Positions 40,632 to 52,962 of a stretch of DNA of 64,000 bases are shown here, piece by piece. This DNA comes from a bacterium (GTDB lineage: Bacteria; UBA10199; 2-02-FULL-50-16; JAJFLM01), in NCBI GenBank assembly GCA_965216315.1, contig CBDCFN010000016.1, positions 1,408,001 to 1,472,000 of the forward strand, written 5' to 3'. The notes under the pieces were generated by a model. That model did no database searches. It was given only the letters and a program-made list of their open reading frames with translations, and was not told the DNA's origin. A program made the translations under genes and the position numbers. Each line of letters begins with the position of its first letter. The stretch's first letter is position 1.

Positions 40632-42677
40632 ATGAATGCGCCTGCGACCAACATGACGTCAATACTCGCCCAGCTGGGCCAACTGGCCGGGGGAACCATT
40701 GCGCTCAATTCGAATCCCAATTTAAATCAGCACAACGCAGCGATACCGGGTCTCCCTCTGGACCGGCAAAGTGAAGTGGCAGACGCCGTTGAAGTCTTAG
40801 AAGTCGTCACCTTATCAATGAATGATGTCTTCACGGATGTCGCTAAAGATATAGCCAGTTTTGTGGATGTGACTGAGACGGGGACATCGCGCACGGCTTA
40901 CACAGCATCTGCTGACGTCAAGACTACCCCCGTACGGACCCAAGAATCCGACCAGAGTCCAGTCGCCCTCATCAGCAGTCAACTACGAAGGCTTCACTGG
41001 CAGGGCACCGTCACCCCTTCAACCTTTTCAACCTTTCTGGTCGGACAATCACTGTCATTCCCATCAGCACATTTATTAGCAAGGACACTACCCGCAACAA
41101 CAATAGCTGAACCCAATGCTACTCCAGTAGCAAACGAGAGCAACCAAGGTCATTCAACTCTTCCAGCGCCGACAATATCAACACCGACAACCGCAACAGT
41201 CTCAACTCCAAGAGTCGATGACTCACAAACGATTACAGATACTCCTTCCTTGCCGCCCGTTGCACCGAACGCATCACCTCACCATGAAGAAACGCGAACG
41301 GCACCAAGCCCACATAATAATATTCCACAGCTCTCTACCCCCTTTGGGCGTCACGTACTAACGGTCGCGCTAAATGATTATCAGAGCACGTTATTTTTGA
41401 GAGAGCTACAACATCGAGATCCTCACGGCACCACCGAACCCTCGGAAGCTGACACCGTCAGCACCCCCATTCCATCTATTCCGCATAGCGATTCAATTCC
41501 GGTCAGCCTCCAAGATGGAGCGATCATGTTGGGGGCGCGTGCCATTTTACCTAATGAAGCCCCTGAAGCTGCCAACGATAATGCCTATGCCATCCCTTAC
41601 TCGGGCGTTGCACATCGCCTCGCACCGATTATTCATCTCAGGCGCTTTCTTGAAACCAGGCAGCCCCTATCCGAAGCCATCAACACCGCCAGGGGAGCCG
41701 AAGGATTCGAACCAACTCAATCGGCGACTGTCGTTGCTTTACCTTCCAGCAGGTCAACCGCCGCGGCCATACCGGCCGAATTCCCGATGGCGCTTTATGA
41801 GCGTTATGGGGCACGGCCCTCTCAAGAGACTCTTTCTTTATATAATCTGGCGCGCTCTACCCGAGCTGATGCCCTGCAAATAGCCCTGGATACACCTTAT
41901 CACCCCACTGACTTAAATAATCATCGCTCTGCTGATTTTTCATCGGCCTTGGGCGTTCAAGCACAATCCCAGTTTCAGGAGTCCGAGACACCTTTAAGCG
42001 CCGAAGATGCCGAACTCAGGGCGACTATTATGAGCGCCCTTGATGAAGCAGGTTTTTTGAATGAAGATAATAGCATTCGCCCCCTGCGAGATGTCACCGA
42101 AGGCACGATCTTGATCGATTTATTAACGCGTCTGACTCCGGAAGATCATGATCTCTTCGACATACTCGAAAAGATCGAACTCAAATGGAATATGGGCTTT
42201 GGTGAATGGCTGGATGTAAAGGACATTAACGGAACGTTGAGAACCTACTCTTTTTGGGCCGAACGCGAAGGAAGCAAAGAGGCTTCATTGATCCATCCTG
42301 CCGGCGGTCGCGCCAATATTGTCATGCAAGTCAATGACCTATTCGATCACATGCCGGTTAATGAGATTCTCGATTTCCTCAGAATAAACCAAGAAGGCTT
42401 TACTGCCATGAGCAAGGCCCAAAGTGCGGAAGATCTGATTAAGGCCATTCCCCCGCAATCAATTCTCGCCAGGTTGTTAACAGAAATACACTACATGAAA
42501 ATCTTCTTAAAACGTCCGCGTTGGCTCGAACGTCTCTTTGGTGATCGCGGCCCCGAATACCGCCAAAACCACGAAGACCGACTCAGAAAGCTCAACGAAC
42601 TCACCGAATCCGCCGTCATTCGCTGTTTGAGATTACTTGTAGGAATGGGTCAAAAACAGAAAAGACGTTCCGCCTAG
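40632..42677 (+). CDS. Large orphan protein with Thr/Pro/Ser-rich disordered N-terminal half
   Basis: GAGGAG RBS before ATG 40632; no signal peptide or recognisable motif. Confidence 0.7.
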   Translation: MNAPATNMTSILAQLGQLAGGTIALNSNPNLNQHNAAIPGLPLDRQSEVADAVEVLEVVTLSMNDVFTDVAKDIASFVDVTETGTSRTAYTASADVKTTPVRTQESDQSPVALISSQLRRLHWQGTVTPSTFSTFLVGQSLSFPSAHLLARTLPATTIAEPNATPVANESNQGHSTLPAPTISTPTTATVSTPRVDDSQTITDTPSLPPVAPNASPHHEETRTAPSPHNNIPQLSTPFGRHVLTVALNDYQSTLFLRELQHRDPHGTTEPSEADTVSTPIPSIPHSDSIPVSLQDGAIMLGARAILPNEAPEAANDNAYAIPYSGVAHRLAPIIHLRRFLETRQPLSEAINTARGAEGFEPTQSATVVALPSSRSTAAAIPAEFPMALYERYGARPSQETLSLYNLARSTRADALQIALDTPYHPTDLNNHRSADFSSALGVQAQSQFQESETPLSAEDAELRATIMSALDEAGFLNEDNSIRPLRDVTEGTILIDLLTRLTPEDHDLFDILEKIELKWNMGFGEWLDVKDINGTLRTYSFWAEREGSKEASLIHPAGGRANIVMQVNDLFDHMPVNEILDFLRINQEGFTAMSKAQSAEDLIKAIPPQSILARLLTEIHYMKIFLKRPRWLERLFGDRGPEYRQNHEDRLRKLNELTESAVIRCLRLLVGMGQKQKRRSA

Positions 42678-43423
42678 CGCAGCTTTTTCATATCCATATC
42701 CCCACCCCACATACTAAAGACTGAATCATGGGCCTCATTAAAAGAAGCGGCCAGATCGGTCATGAACTTCTGTAGTGGGGCTTTAATGATTTGGGCTCGT
42801 GCCTGGCGGCGCAGAGCAAGGACTTGCGATTTAACAGCAGCTAAATCACCCGCATAGGCCCTATTCTGATCTGCCGGTATCTTACTGAGTATATCGATCG
42901 CCAGATCAAAAACGCCTACCGCTTCTTCATACTGCTTGTTCGACATATAATCAACACCATCAGCGACTCTTTGTTCAGCGACGATAAATTGGATGACCGG
43001 CTTCCGGTATAACATATCAACAATGCGATGGGCCCGGCTCAGATTCTGTTTTGCAGCTTTGGCATCACCGACAGCAAGCTTTGTTTCAGCCTGATTCAGA
43101 TACTTGATAATTTCCCCGACCGGGCGAGTGAAGTGCCGCAAATAGCTGCGGTCTTGTTTATGGCGCTCCAAATTCGTTTGCATCTTTTGGAACTGCCTGG
43201 TGATATTTTGAATCGAAGAGACCTGATCTGGCTCCAAAGCGCGTTCCTGCGCTAAGAGTAAATGCATGATACGGTGAGCGCTTTTGATTTTAGAGTGATA
43301 CGGGCCAACCTCTGGAGTCACTGAACTTTCGATAACGATACTTGGGTTATCTTGAGCCGTCAGTGGACTTGGACCCAGCACCACAAGAGCTCCCAATAAA
43401 CACAATGATAATATTTGCTTCAT
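42674..43423 (-). CDS. Exported helical hypothetical protein
   Basis: Sec signal peptide; TPR-like helical content; directly downstream of guaA. Confidence 0.7.
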   Translation of the reverse strand: MKQILSLCLLGALVVLGPSPLTAQDNPSIVIESSVTPEVGPYHSKIKSAHRIMHLLLAQERALEPDQVSSIQNITRQFQKMQTNLERHKQDRSYLRHFTRPVGEIIKYLNQAETKLAVGDAKAAKQNLSRAHRIVDMLYRKPVIQFIVAEQRVADGVDYMSNKQYEEAVGVFDLAIDILSKIPADQNRAYAGDLAAVKSQVLALRRQARAQIIKAPLQKFMTDLAASFNEAHDSVFSMWGGDMDMKKLR

Positions 43424-43426
43424 AAC

Positions 43427-44968
43427 TTACTCCCACTCAATCGTCGCAGGGGGCTTTGACGATATGTCATAAACGACTCTATTGACGCCGCGTACTTCGT
43501 TGATCACGCGACTCGAAATTCGCTCAAGCAGCTCATATGGAACTTTCACCCAGTCCGCCGTCATTCCATCCCGACTTTCTACCGCCCGCAGAGCAATCAC
43601 ATTCTCATAGGTACGCGCATCGCCCATCACACCAACCGTTTTAACCGGCAACAGAACGCCAAAGGATTGCCACACCTCAGTATAAAGACCCGCTTTCTTA
43701 AACTCATTGACGATAATACTGTCCGCTTCCCTCAAAATAGAAAGACGCTCTGCTGTTACCTCGCCAAGAATACGAACCGCCAATCCCGGCCCTGGAAAAG
43801 GCTGTCGTTGTATCAATTCCTCCGGAACACCGAGTATCCTGCCCAATTCACGGACCTCATCCTTAAAAAGCTCTCTAAACGGTTCAATCAATTCCAGGTT
43901 CATCCGTTCAGGCAGCCCCCCCACATTATGATGGCTCTTGATTGTCACCGACGGACCCCTGAATGAAACGCTTTCGATCACATCCGGATATAAAGTCCCT
44001 TGCGCAAGAAATTTAATGCCTTTCAGCTTTTTTGCTTCTTTTTCAAAGACATCAATAAAGGTATAACCGATTTGCTTACGTTTTACTTCGGGATCCTCAA
44101 CTCCGGCGAGCTTTTCCAGAAACAATTGGACGGCATCTACTTTGGTAATGTCCATGTCGAGATGGTCTTTGAAAAGCTTGGGAACTCTCTCCCCTTCATT
44201 TTTTCGAAGGAAACAGTTATCAACGAATATCGCATCGAGCTGGTCTCCAATCGCCTTATGAATGAGTGCCGCCATCACCGTGGAGTCGACTCCGCCCGAC
44301 ACCGCACAAAGAACGCGATCCGGCCCCACCTGCTCACGGATCTCGGCGACCTTTTCATCGATAAAGGACTCCATCGTCCAATCACCGCTTAATTGAGCCA
44401 CTTTAAATAAAAAGTTTTTCAGGATCTGCGTACCATTCTCGGTATGAACGACCTCGGGGTGAAATTGGAGTCCGAAACAAGAGCGTTGTTTATCACCGAT
44501 CGCTGCCAGGATATCATTACCACTCTGTGCGTAAACCTCGAAACCGTCAGGAAGTCTCGTCACATGATCGCCATGACTCATCCAGACGGATTGAGTACGA
44601 TCGTTGAGGCCTTCAAAAAGAGCCTCTCCCTTTTCAACATGAATTTTAGCGGGACCATATTCGTGGACATCCCCTGTCTCAACGACGCCACCGAGTTGCT
44701 GCGTCAGCCACTGCATGCCATAGCATATGCCCAGGACCGGCCGCCCCATCGTAAGCACCTTTGGGTCCGCATGGGGAGCATCCTCGTCATAAACACTTGC
44801 CGGACCACCGGAGAGAACGAGGGCATCCGGCTGATGGTTTTCAATCTCGTCAAACGGCGCGTTGCATGGCAGGACTTCGCAGAAAACACCGCATTCACGA
44901 ATGCGACGCGCAATGAGCTGCGTGTACTGGCTACCAAAGTCTAAGATTAATACTGTTGAATGTTGCAT
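43427..44968 (-). CDS. guaA: GMP synthase (glutamine-hydrolysing)
   Basis: 'LDFGSQY', 'GICYG', 'HPEV', 'SGGVDS', 'KPPATIEWE'. Confidence 0.98.
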   Translation of the reverse strand: MQHSTVLILDFGSQYTQLIARRIRECGVFCEVLPCNAPFDEIENHQPDALVLSGGPASVYDEDAPHADPKVLTMGRPVLGICYGMQWLTQQLGGVVETGDVHEYGPAKIHVEKGEALFEGLNDRTQSVWMSHGDHVTRLPDGFEVYAQSGNDILAAIGDKQRSCFGLQFHPEVVHTENGTQILKNFLFKVAQLSGDWTMESFIDEKVAEIREQVGPDRVLCAVSGGVDSTVMAALIHKAIGDQLDAIFVDNCFLRKNEGERVPKLFKDHLDMDITKVDAVQLFLEKLAGVEDPEVKRKQIGYTFIDVFEKEAKKLKGIKFLAQGTLYPDVIESVSFRGPSVTIKSHHNVGGLPERMNLELIEPFRELFKDEVRELGRILGVPEELIQRQPFPGPGLAVRILGEVTAERLSILREADSIIVNEFKKAGLYTEVWQSFGVLLPVKTVGVMGDARTYENVIALRAVESRDGMTADWVKVPYELLERISSRVINEVRGVNRVVYDISSKPPATIEWE

Positions 44969-45049
44969 TATTTATAGGGGCTCGCGTCGCCCCCTCCACC
45001 GGCAGAGCCGTCGGAGCCTCCCCCTCTCGCTCACGTTGTTCGCTAAGAA

Positions 45050-46519
<1,470 letters not shown>

Positions 46520-46634
46520 CTATACAAAAGCCCCTATATTGTCAATAGTTATGGAGATTCCGTGGGCAAGTCTGGAAGCTCGGCTCAGCGTCTCTGACGC
46601 CCCAGGTGCCGCAAGCTCTGCGCGCGGCGCGCTT

Positions 46635-47816
46635 TCAGTTCGCTGAATGAATACGAAATTGGTCCTTGAGCTGAAGGGCATAAACCCTTCCCCCACCCGA
46701 CATATAGACGAGCAGGTTACCCTGATCTCCTGTTAAAATGGGATCGCTGTGGACATTCTTGCGGGCAAAGCGCTGCATAACCTTGTTGCCGTTAAGGGCA
46801 TCGACGAAGATAATCGAATGCTTTGAGGAGCCAACAATCACCAAATCTTTGTAAACGAGAGGTCGGGTCAGGGCACCCTTTTGACTCACATATTTCCAGC
46901 GCTGCGCGCCATCGTTGGCGCTGAGAGCATAGAGGACACCATCCGATCCCGCAACGTAGAGGACGTCCTTATCAAGGGCGAAACGGACACCACTGCCAAT
47001 AGCAACCTGCCACAGCGTCGCACCCGACTTTCGGTTGAGACAATAAAGATCCCCCGCAAAAGTCGCGGCATAAATACGGTCGCCATCAATCAAAGGTTGC
47101 ATATCAATATCGACAAACTTCGGGCGGTTCCGAGAAAGATCCTTCGACCAGAGTTGGCGCCCGCTGCCGGCGTCAATTGAGAGAAGATGACCATCGCTGA
47201 AACCGATATAAAGTCGTCCGCCCCCCTCACTACTATAAGCAGGCCGACTCTGTCCCAATAGGGTCATCTCACGGTCGGCTACCGTATAGGGATAAGCCCA
47301 CAGACGGTTTCCCGACTCCGCGTCTAAGCCGTATACCGTCCCTCTCACTGTCACAATAAAAAGACGATTTCCTTGCAGCACGGGCGCCGTCGTGACAGCG
47401 GCACCAAAACGCTTCTTCCACGCGAGTTCACCCGTATCTAGGCTGAGTGCATAAAAGTTGCCGTCATCATCGCCAAAATAAACCTTGCCATTACCCGCAG
47501 CGGCACCTGAATTGATCGGGGCGTCGGCTTCAAAGCGCCATTGCTTGTCACCATCCTTTTCATCAAAGGCATAAAAATAGCCACTATCGGCCCCCACTAG
47601 GATCATTCCGTTTTCCGCGGCAGGCGCGGCTAATTCGCGCCTTTTATATTTAAAGAGTGCTCCTTTTTTGACACGTGAGACCCATTTGGGCCGAAAAGGA
47701 ATCTTGTATTTTTGACTCGTGCCAGCGCCCTTGCTCACCCAGGCGTCCGACGTCGGTACAGCTAAAAAAGGAGTGATCAAAAGTATCGTTAAGAAGATTT
47801 TCCAATATCGAGCCAT
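46635..47816 (-). CDS. PQQ-repeat beta-propeller, BamB-like
   Basis: Repeated 'A.D..TG...W' blades; downstream of yfgM-like gene. Confidence 0.8.
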   Translation of the reverse strand: MARYWKIFLTILLITPFLAVPTSDAWVSKGAGTSQKYKIPFRPKWVSRVKKGALFKYKRRELAAPAAENGMILVGADSGYFYAFDEKDGDKQWRFEADAPINSGAAAGNGKVYFGDDDGNFYALSLDTGELAWKKRFGAAVTTAPVLQGNRLFIVTVRGTVYGLDAESGNRLWAYPYTVADREMTLLGQSRPAYSSEGGGRLYIGFSDGHLLSIDAGSGRQLWSKDLSRNRPKFVDIDMQPLIDGDRIYAATFAGDLYCLNRKSGATLWQVAIGSGVRFALDKDVLYVAGSDGVLYALSANDGAQRWKYVSQKGALTRPLVYKDLVIVGSSKHSIIFVDALNGNKVMQRFARKNVHSDPILTGDQGNLLVYMSGGGRVYALQLKDQFRIHSAN

Positions 47817-48472
47817 AACATGCGTTCCTTAGCACGGTTAGCAACAGCAAGTCCGAGCCCTTTATCTATCGCCTCTTCATACCATTTACGAGCTTCATCT
47901 TTTTTACCCAGGGCCTCGGCCGCTCGACCCATATGATAGTACGTCAATGCAACGGTTTGGTTGGCCGGATCAGCAGCCGCCTTGCGATAGATCTCAAAGG
48001 CCTCCTGCCATTTTCCTTGCGTCTCCAAGACCACTCCCAAATTATGCTGCGCCATAATTCGAATCATTGCTTGCCGTTCCGGAAGTGACTGCAAGGCCTT
48101 ATAATGCCGCTCGGCACTTTCATAATCACCGGCTTCAAATGACTTGCGACCAAGAGAAAAATTGGCAAGCATGCCAGCCCCGGTCTCTGGATACTCATCG
48201 GCAATCGCCGTCAAGCCGATATCCCTGCCCTTAGGGTCGACCGGCAACTCGGCATAAAGTTTGAGCGCCGTTTGCTGCGTATGATATTGATACCAGCTAA
48301 TCCCCCCCCATATCGCCCCGATGACCAAAGCGCCCGCAACGATAGAGACCACCGTTTTAAAATTTCTATCCAGCCAAGCCACGGCAATACGCACCGGTCT
48401 CGGCTGATGTGATAGCCACTGTACCGTATGAACTGTTTCGGTCTTTGCTTCTTGTTTCAAGGTCAGTTTCAC
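47789..48472 (-). CDS. YfgM-like membrane-anchored TPR protein
   Basis: Single N-terminal TM followed by TPR helices; adjacent to bamB-like gene. Confidence 0.75.
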   Translation of the reverse strand: MKLTLKQEAKTETVHTVQWLSHQPRPVRIAVAWLDRNFKTVVSIVAGALVIGAIWGGISWYQYHTQQTALKLYAELPVDPKGRDIGLTAIADEYPETGAGMLANFSLGRKSFEAGDYESAERHYKALQSLPERQAMIRIMAQHNLGVVLETQGKWQEAFEIYRKAAADPANQTVALTYYHMGRAAEALGKKDEARKWYEEAIDKGLGLAVANRAKERMLWLDIGKSS

Positions 48473-48556
48473 TCCATTTATCTATTGGCTTAGCGGTGCA
48501 GATGTCAAAAAAGGCTAGTCTTGTCAATAAGATGTAAAGACGTTACCATCGTGCCC

Positions 48557-49387
48557 ATGATTGGTCGCATCCGCGGAATCATCCGCCATCGACGTCGAGA
48601 TCTCAGTAATATGATTACCTACCTCAAGTTAACCCTTGAGGGCAACAAAGTTGAGCGTTTAACTGATTTTGAAACCTGTGAGCACCCAGTTCTCCTCCTC
48701 TACGGCTTTGGCGCGACACGACGCACCTTCGGCATCTTGGAAAATCGGCTGAGAAGAGACGGTTTTTGCGTCTTCAGCCTCAATTTGGGGGGCATATTCG
48801 ATACTTTCAACACCCACTGCATTGAGGAACTCGCGGAGCTTGTTGACGAAAAAGTTGAACGCCTCTGCCACCGCTATCGACTCAAAAAAATCAGTATCAT
48901 TGGTCATTCCAAGGGAGGTCTTATCGGCCGTTATTATGTGAAGCGCCTGGGGGGTGCCAAAAGGGTTCGGGCCCTCATCACGCTGGGAACACCCCACAAT
49001 GGCAATCCTTGGGCCCTCCTCGGATTAGTGTCGCCGCTCATGCTCATCGCCAAGAGTATTCGCCAGATGTTTCCCATGAGCCCCTTTATTCGCGCCCTTA
49101 AAGATGGCGCATTTCCCCGCTCGGTTCGCTTCGTTTCAATCTATTCCAAAGATGATCGGGTATGTTTCTATAAAAGTGCCATGCTCGATATCCCCGCCAA
49201 GGGGAATGACAATATCAAGAACGTTGAGATCAAAGGCATGGGTCATGCGGACCTTGTCATGCGCAAGGCCGCCTACAATATCATCAAACGCGAGTTATTG
49301 GCAGGAAGTCGCAATAGCCGCAAACAGGCTCCCAAAAGAAATAAGAAACCCAGCCCGCCGAAACTTCATCAGGTTATCGGCCACTAG
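48557..49387 (+). CDS. Alpha/beta hydrolase (lipase/esterase family)
   Basis: Nucleophile elbow 'GHSKG', 'LGTPHNG', Asp and His of the triad. Confidence 0.88.
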   Translation: MIGRIRGIIRHRRRDLSNMITYLKLTLEGNKVERLTDFETCEHPVLLLYGFGATRRTFGILENRLRRDGFCVFSLNLGGIFDTFNTHCIEELAELVDEKVERLCHRYRLKKISIIGHSKGGLIGRYYVKRLGGAKRVRALITLGTPHNGNPWALLGLVSPLMLIAKSIRQMFPMSPFIRALKDGAFPRSVRFVSIYSKDDRVCFYKSAMLDIPAKGNDNIKNVEIKGMGHADLVMRKAAYNIIKRELLAGSRNSRKQAPKRNKKPSPPKLHQVIGH

Positions 49388-50204
49388 AAAGTTTCTTTTC
49401 CTGCAAGCGCGCCACAAGCTCCGCTGACAAAAGAAAGATATTCGCCAAATAGTAAACCCACACCATCAACACAATCATGACAGTTAACGAACCATAAATA
49501 ACGTCATACCGGTCCCAGCTGGCGACGATGTATTCCCGAAAAATTAAACGTGCCACTCCCGTTAATACCGTGAAAACAATGGCTCCAATAAAGGAATAGC
49601 GCATATACACTTTGCGGTTGGGTATCACCGTTGTCCCAAAAAAGAAGGCTCCAAAGGCAACAAAGAAAAAGAAAAGATCTCCCGACATTGAAAAGACTGC
49701 GGCAGGAGCCAGCAACTTGGCTTTGACTAAGGTAATCTGAAAAAGATGAAGGATACCGGGCGTCGCAAACAATAGGATAAAAACAAATAAGAAACCCACC
49801 GCAAGAATCTTAGAGTGAAAAAAGTTCCGCTTCTTTTCAGTTCGAAACACGCGATCCAAGGCCCTTTCGAGCGCGCTCACCATGAATGACGCTATGACAA
49901 TCAAAATACCGGCACTAATAAGACTGACACGTTGCTTTTTTGCCAGCGCCGCATGCATAACTTGAAAAAGATCGCCAGCGGCGGTCGGAATGACACTCTG
50001 AATAAGCGCCTCAAAACGGGCCACCAAGTCTCCTGAATAACCGACGAGATAAGCCAGAATCGCCACCGTAATCATGGCCAGCGGCAGCATCGAAAATATC
50101 GCATAAAAGGAAATGACCGAAGCCGATTGATTGCAGTCATCATCGCGGTATCCCTTGAGAACCGCTTTAAGCAAAGACCACGCTTTACCCGCAACTGCTT
50201 TCAT
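49374..50204 (-). CDS. YihY/BrkB family membrane protein
   Basis: 'SFYAIFS..P', 'YGSL...LMVWVY' motifs; 6 TM. Confidence 0.88.
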   Translation of the reverse strand: MKAVAGKAWSLLKAVLKGYRDDDCNQSASVISFYAIFSMLPLAMITVAILAYLVGYSGDLVARFEALIQSVIPTAAGDLFQVMHAALAKKQRVSLISAGILIVIASFMVSALERALDRVFRTEKKRNFFHSKILAVGFLFVFILLFATPGILHLFQITLVKAKLLAPAAVFSMSGDLFFFFVAFGAFFFGTTVIPNRKVYMRYSFIGAIVFTVLTGVARLIFREYIVASWDRYDVIYGSLTVMIVLMVWVYYLANIFLLSAELVARLQEKKLSSGR

Positions 50205-50208
50205 GTAA

Positions 50209-51510
50209 CTACTTCCTCTTGCGAAATACGACTCTTACCGGGATTCTCTCGAGACCAAAACGTCTTTGAAACCCATGAACCAGATAACGCCGATACGACT
50301 CGGGCACACCACTCGGCCAATTAGTAAAGACGATAATGATAGGCGGATGGGTTCCCACTTGGGTGGCATAATACAATTTCACCTCACGCCCTTTATACAT
50401 TGGAATGGAATGATGTTCTACTAGATCCGCCAAGGCATCGTTTAACTTAGATGTGCTGATCTCGGCACCGAGCTCGTCATAAAGCTCCATGAGTGCCGGG
50501 ATCACCTCCTCGACGCCTTTACCTGTCAATGCGGAAGAAAACAGCACGGGAAATTGCGGGAGAAAGCGTAACTCATCTCGAATTGTTTTCAACAATTTCT
50601 CACGGCTATCGGGACTCTTAAGATCCATCTTATTCCAGAGCATAATACAGCCTTGCCCCTGCTCTTCGATGTAGCCGGCAATATGCGCATCCTGCTTCAA
50701 CAATCCATCTTCGGCCGACAACACCAACAAGCAAACATCCGCTCGCTCAAGCGCGCGCGTCGCCTGAAGAACAGCAATTTTTTCGAGCTTCCCCCCTTTT
50801 TGCGAGCGACGCCTAATCCCCGCCGTGTCAATCAGGCGGAGGGGCCGGCCTTCGTAATGCAAAGGCGTATCAATACTATCACGCGTGGTCCCCGGCGTTG
50901 AATCAACGACGACGCGCGACTGACCCAGCAAGGCATTGACCAAAGAAGACTTCCCCACATTGGGGCGGCCCACAATCGCGATACGCAGCTCTTTGTCGTC
51001 AACCGCAGCCTTCTCGTCACGCGGCAATTCCTCGACAACGGCATCAAGCAACTCCGCAAGTTGATACCCATGCTCTCCCGATACCGGATATAATTTTTCA
51101 ACCCCTAACTTAAAGAAGTCATTTTGGCGCATCTCATGTGCCGGCACATCAATCTTGTTGACCGCATAAAACACCGGCTTGTTGATCTTACGCAGACGCT
51201 CGACAATCGCCTTTTCTTCCGGAATAAGCCCTGACTCCCCGTCAAAGACGCAAAGAATAATGTCACTTTCTTCAATAGCAAGATCGATCTGCACAGAGAC
51301 CTTGTCATCAATGGACTCTTCATCGAGAGGAAAACCGCCGGTATCGACACAGAGAAATTCGCGTCCACCCCACTCCGCGACGGCAAAATTTCGGTCTCGC
51401 GTGACCCCGGGATAATCATGAGTTAAGGCCTTACGTTGTCCGACAATACGGTTAAAGAGTGTGGATTTACCCACATTGGGACGGCCAATTATAGCGATGG
51501 TTGGTCTCAT
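50209..51510 (-). CDS. der: Ribosome biogenesis GTPase Der
   Basis: Two 'GRPNVGKS' G-domains and KH-like C-terminus. Confidence 0.98.
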   Translation of the reverse strand: MRPTIAIIGRPNVGKSTLFNRIVGQRKALTHDYPGVTRDRNFAVAEWGGREFLCVDTGGFPLDEESIDDKVSVQIDLAIEESDIILCVFDGESGLIPEEKAIVERLRKINKPVFYAVNKIDVPAHEMRQNDFFKLGVEKLYPVSGEHGYQLAELLDAVVEELPRDEKAAVDDKELRIAIVGRPNVGKSSLVNALLGQSRVVVDSTPGTTRDSIDTPLHYEGRPLRLIDTAGIRRRSQKGGKLEKIAVLQATRALERADVCLLVLSAEDGLLKQDAHIAGYIEEQGQGCIMLWNKMDLKSPDSREKLLKTIRDELRFLPQFPVLFSSALTGKGVEEVIPALMELYDELGAEISTSKLNDALADLVEHHSIPMYKGREVKLYYATQVGTHPPIIIVFTNWPSGVPESYRRYLVHGFQRRFGLERIPVRVVFRKRK

Positions 51511-51542
51511 GAGAGAATCTCTAGATATTCAGCTGCGCGCGC

Positions 51543-52634
51543 TTAATCTACCGGCAGCCGTAACTCATTGCGGTGTTCGTTTTTTAGGTACCAATCAACT
51601 AAAGTGTTCATATAGCTGCCGACCTCCGGACATTCGATCCCCTCTTGCTTCAGGACGGCTTGCGCCTGGGAACTATCATAATCGGCACCATGGTTCATAT
51701 ACACGACCGACTCTTGTGGAAAGCCCAGGAGTTTTCGCACCGGCTTGACCTTGGCTAACATCGAAAGAAGACCTGCCGGTATCAAGCCACGCGGCCGCGG
51801 ACAACCCAAAGCCTTCGCTAAGCCGCGGTAGACCTCTCCTGAAGTCCAGGGCCGTGGATCCGTGATGTGATACGTCTTTCCAACCGTATCGTCACGGGCC
51901 GCTATCGCCGCTGAAGCTTCAACGACATAGCTGACCGGAACCATATTAAACTTTGATTTCATCGGGCCCACATGCGGAACCGGAACCTTGCCCCAGCGTT
52001 TGAGAAAGTTGAGTAAAAAATAGGGGCCGTCAAATTTGGCCGTCTCTCCCGTGCGATGATCGCCGACGACGACACCATAGCGATAAATCGTTACCGGCAA
52101 CTCCGGCATCGCCTCACGGACCAGGACCTCTGCATCATGCTTGGTGGATTCATAAAAATTCTTGAACCCCTGGCTGTCGCCATTCAACAACTCCTCTTCC
52201 TTAACGACACCCAAGCGGTCTCCCGAGACATACGCCGTACTCACATACTGCAAGCGCCGCAACTGCTTACACTGCTTCGCCAAGTCAAGGACATGACGTG
52301 TCCCTTCGACATTCACCTGCTCCGCAACCTTGGGTCCGACATCCAGGCGATACACCGCGGCCAGATGCCACCACTCACCTGGATCGTTTTTCATCGTCTC
52401 CAAGACTTTGCTATCTTCGATACCCAAATTGGGCTGAGTGATATCCCCTTCAATCAGTTCGACGGGAAGGTCCGCAAGATCGTTGGCAACCGATTCCTGG
52501 GCCATTTTCAGAAAGCGCTGATCCGGGGTGCGGAGGACAATCAACCAGATCTTGTCGAACTTTTGGCGCTTCACGAGTTCACGTAACAAGCGTGTCGCAA
52601 TGAAACCCGGATAGCCGGTCATGAATAGATACAT
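51543..52634 (-). CDS. Extended SDR / thioester-reductase-like (NAD_binding_4) protein
   Basis: 'TGYPGFIA', 'HLAA', 'VSTAYVSG', 'YESTK'. Confidence 0.88.
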   Translation of the reverse strand: MYLFMTGYPGFIATRLLRELVKRQKFDKIWLIVLRTPDQRFLKMAQESVANDLADLPVELIEGDITQPNLGIEDSKVLETMKNDPGEWWHLAAVYRLDVGPKVAEQVNVEGTRHVLDLAKQCKQLRRLQYVSTAYVSGDRLGVVKEEELLNGDSQGFKNFYESTKHDAEVLVREAMPELPVTIYRYGVVVGDHRTGETAKFDGPYFLLNFLKRWGKVPVPHVGPMKSKFNMVPVSYVVEASAAIAARDDTVGKTYHITDPRPWTSGEVYRGLAKALGCPRPRGLIPAGLLSMLAKVKPVRKLLGFPQESVVYMNHGADYDSSQAQAVLKQEGIECPEVGSYMNTLVDWYLKNEHRNELRLPVD

Positions 52635-52646
52635 AACAACCCTCTG

Positions 52647-52720
52647 GGCGGGTCCTGCCGCTTTCGCAATCCTTTGGCTGCGTCTGAAGTGACGTTCCCA
52701 AGGATCGCTCGCGTCACCCG
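52647..52720 (+). repeat. 74-bp palindromic intergenic repeat, copy 1
   Basis: 66/74 identical to the reverse complement of 55511-55584; internal stems. Confidence 0.85.
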
Positions 52721-52767
52721 CCTCATTTGCAGTCTATTAACAATGCGACGCAAGCCCCTTTTGAATG

Positions 52768-52841
52768 TGGCGGTGGAGGGATTCGAACCCCCGACACAAC
52801 GGATATGAGCCGTTTGCTCTAACCGACTGAGCTACACCGCC
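52768..52841 (-). tRNA. tRNA-Met(CAT), probably elongator; 3' CCA not encoded
   Basis: GGCGGTGTAGCTCAGTCGGTTAGAGC-AACGG-CTCATAT-CCGTT...GGTTCGAATCC-CTCCACCGCCA cloverleaf; paired first base argues against initiator; Ile2 not excluded. Confidence 0.92.
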
Positions 52842-52956
52842 CGACTACGCTTCAATTTTCGCTAAAGCTTCGTCGGACAAGCTAAGTTCCATTCAATCTC
52901 AACCTGTCCACCGAAGCTCGTTCTTTAATACGAGCGAAGGTGGAAGCTACACCGCC
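52842..52956. repeat. REP-like palindromic insert flanked by a 12-bp duplication of the tRNA 5' end
   Basis: AGCTACACCGCC at 52830-52841 and 52945-52956; inner hairpin TCCACCGAAGCTCGT...ACGAGCGAAGGTGGA. Confidence 0.65.
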
Positions 52957-52962
52957 TAATAC

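Noticed and set aside
52640..52960. CRISPR array in the repeat-rich tRNA region
   Set aside because: No regularly spaced direct repeats with unique spacers, and no cas genes
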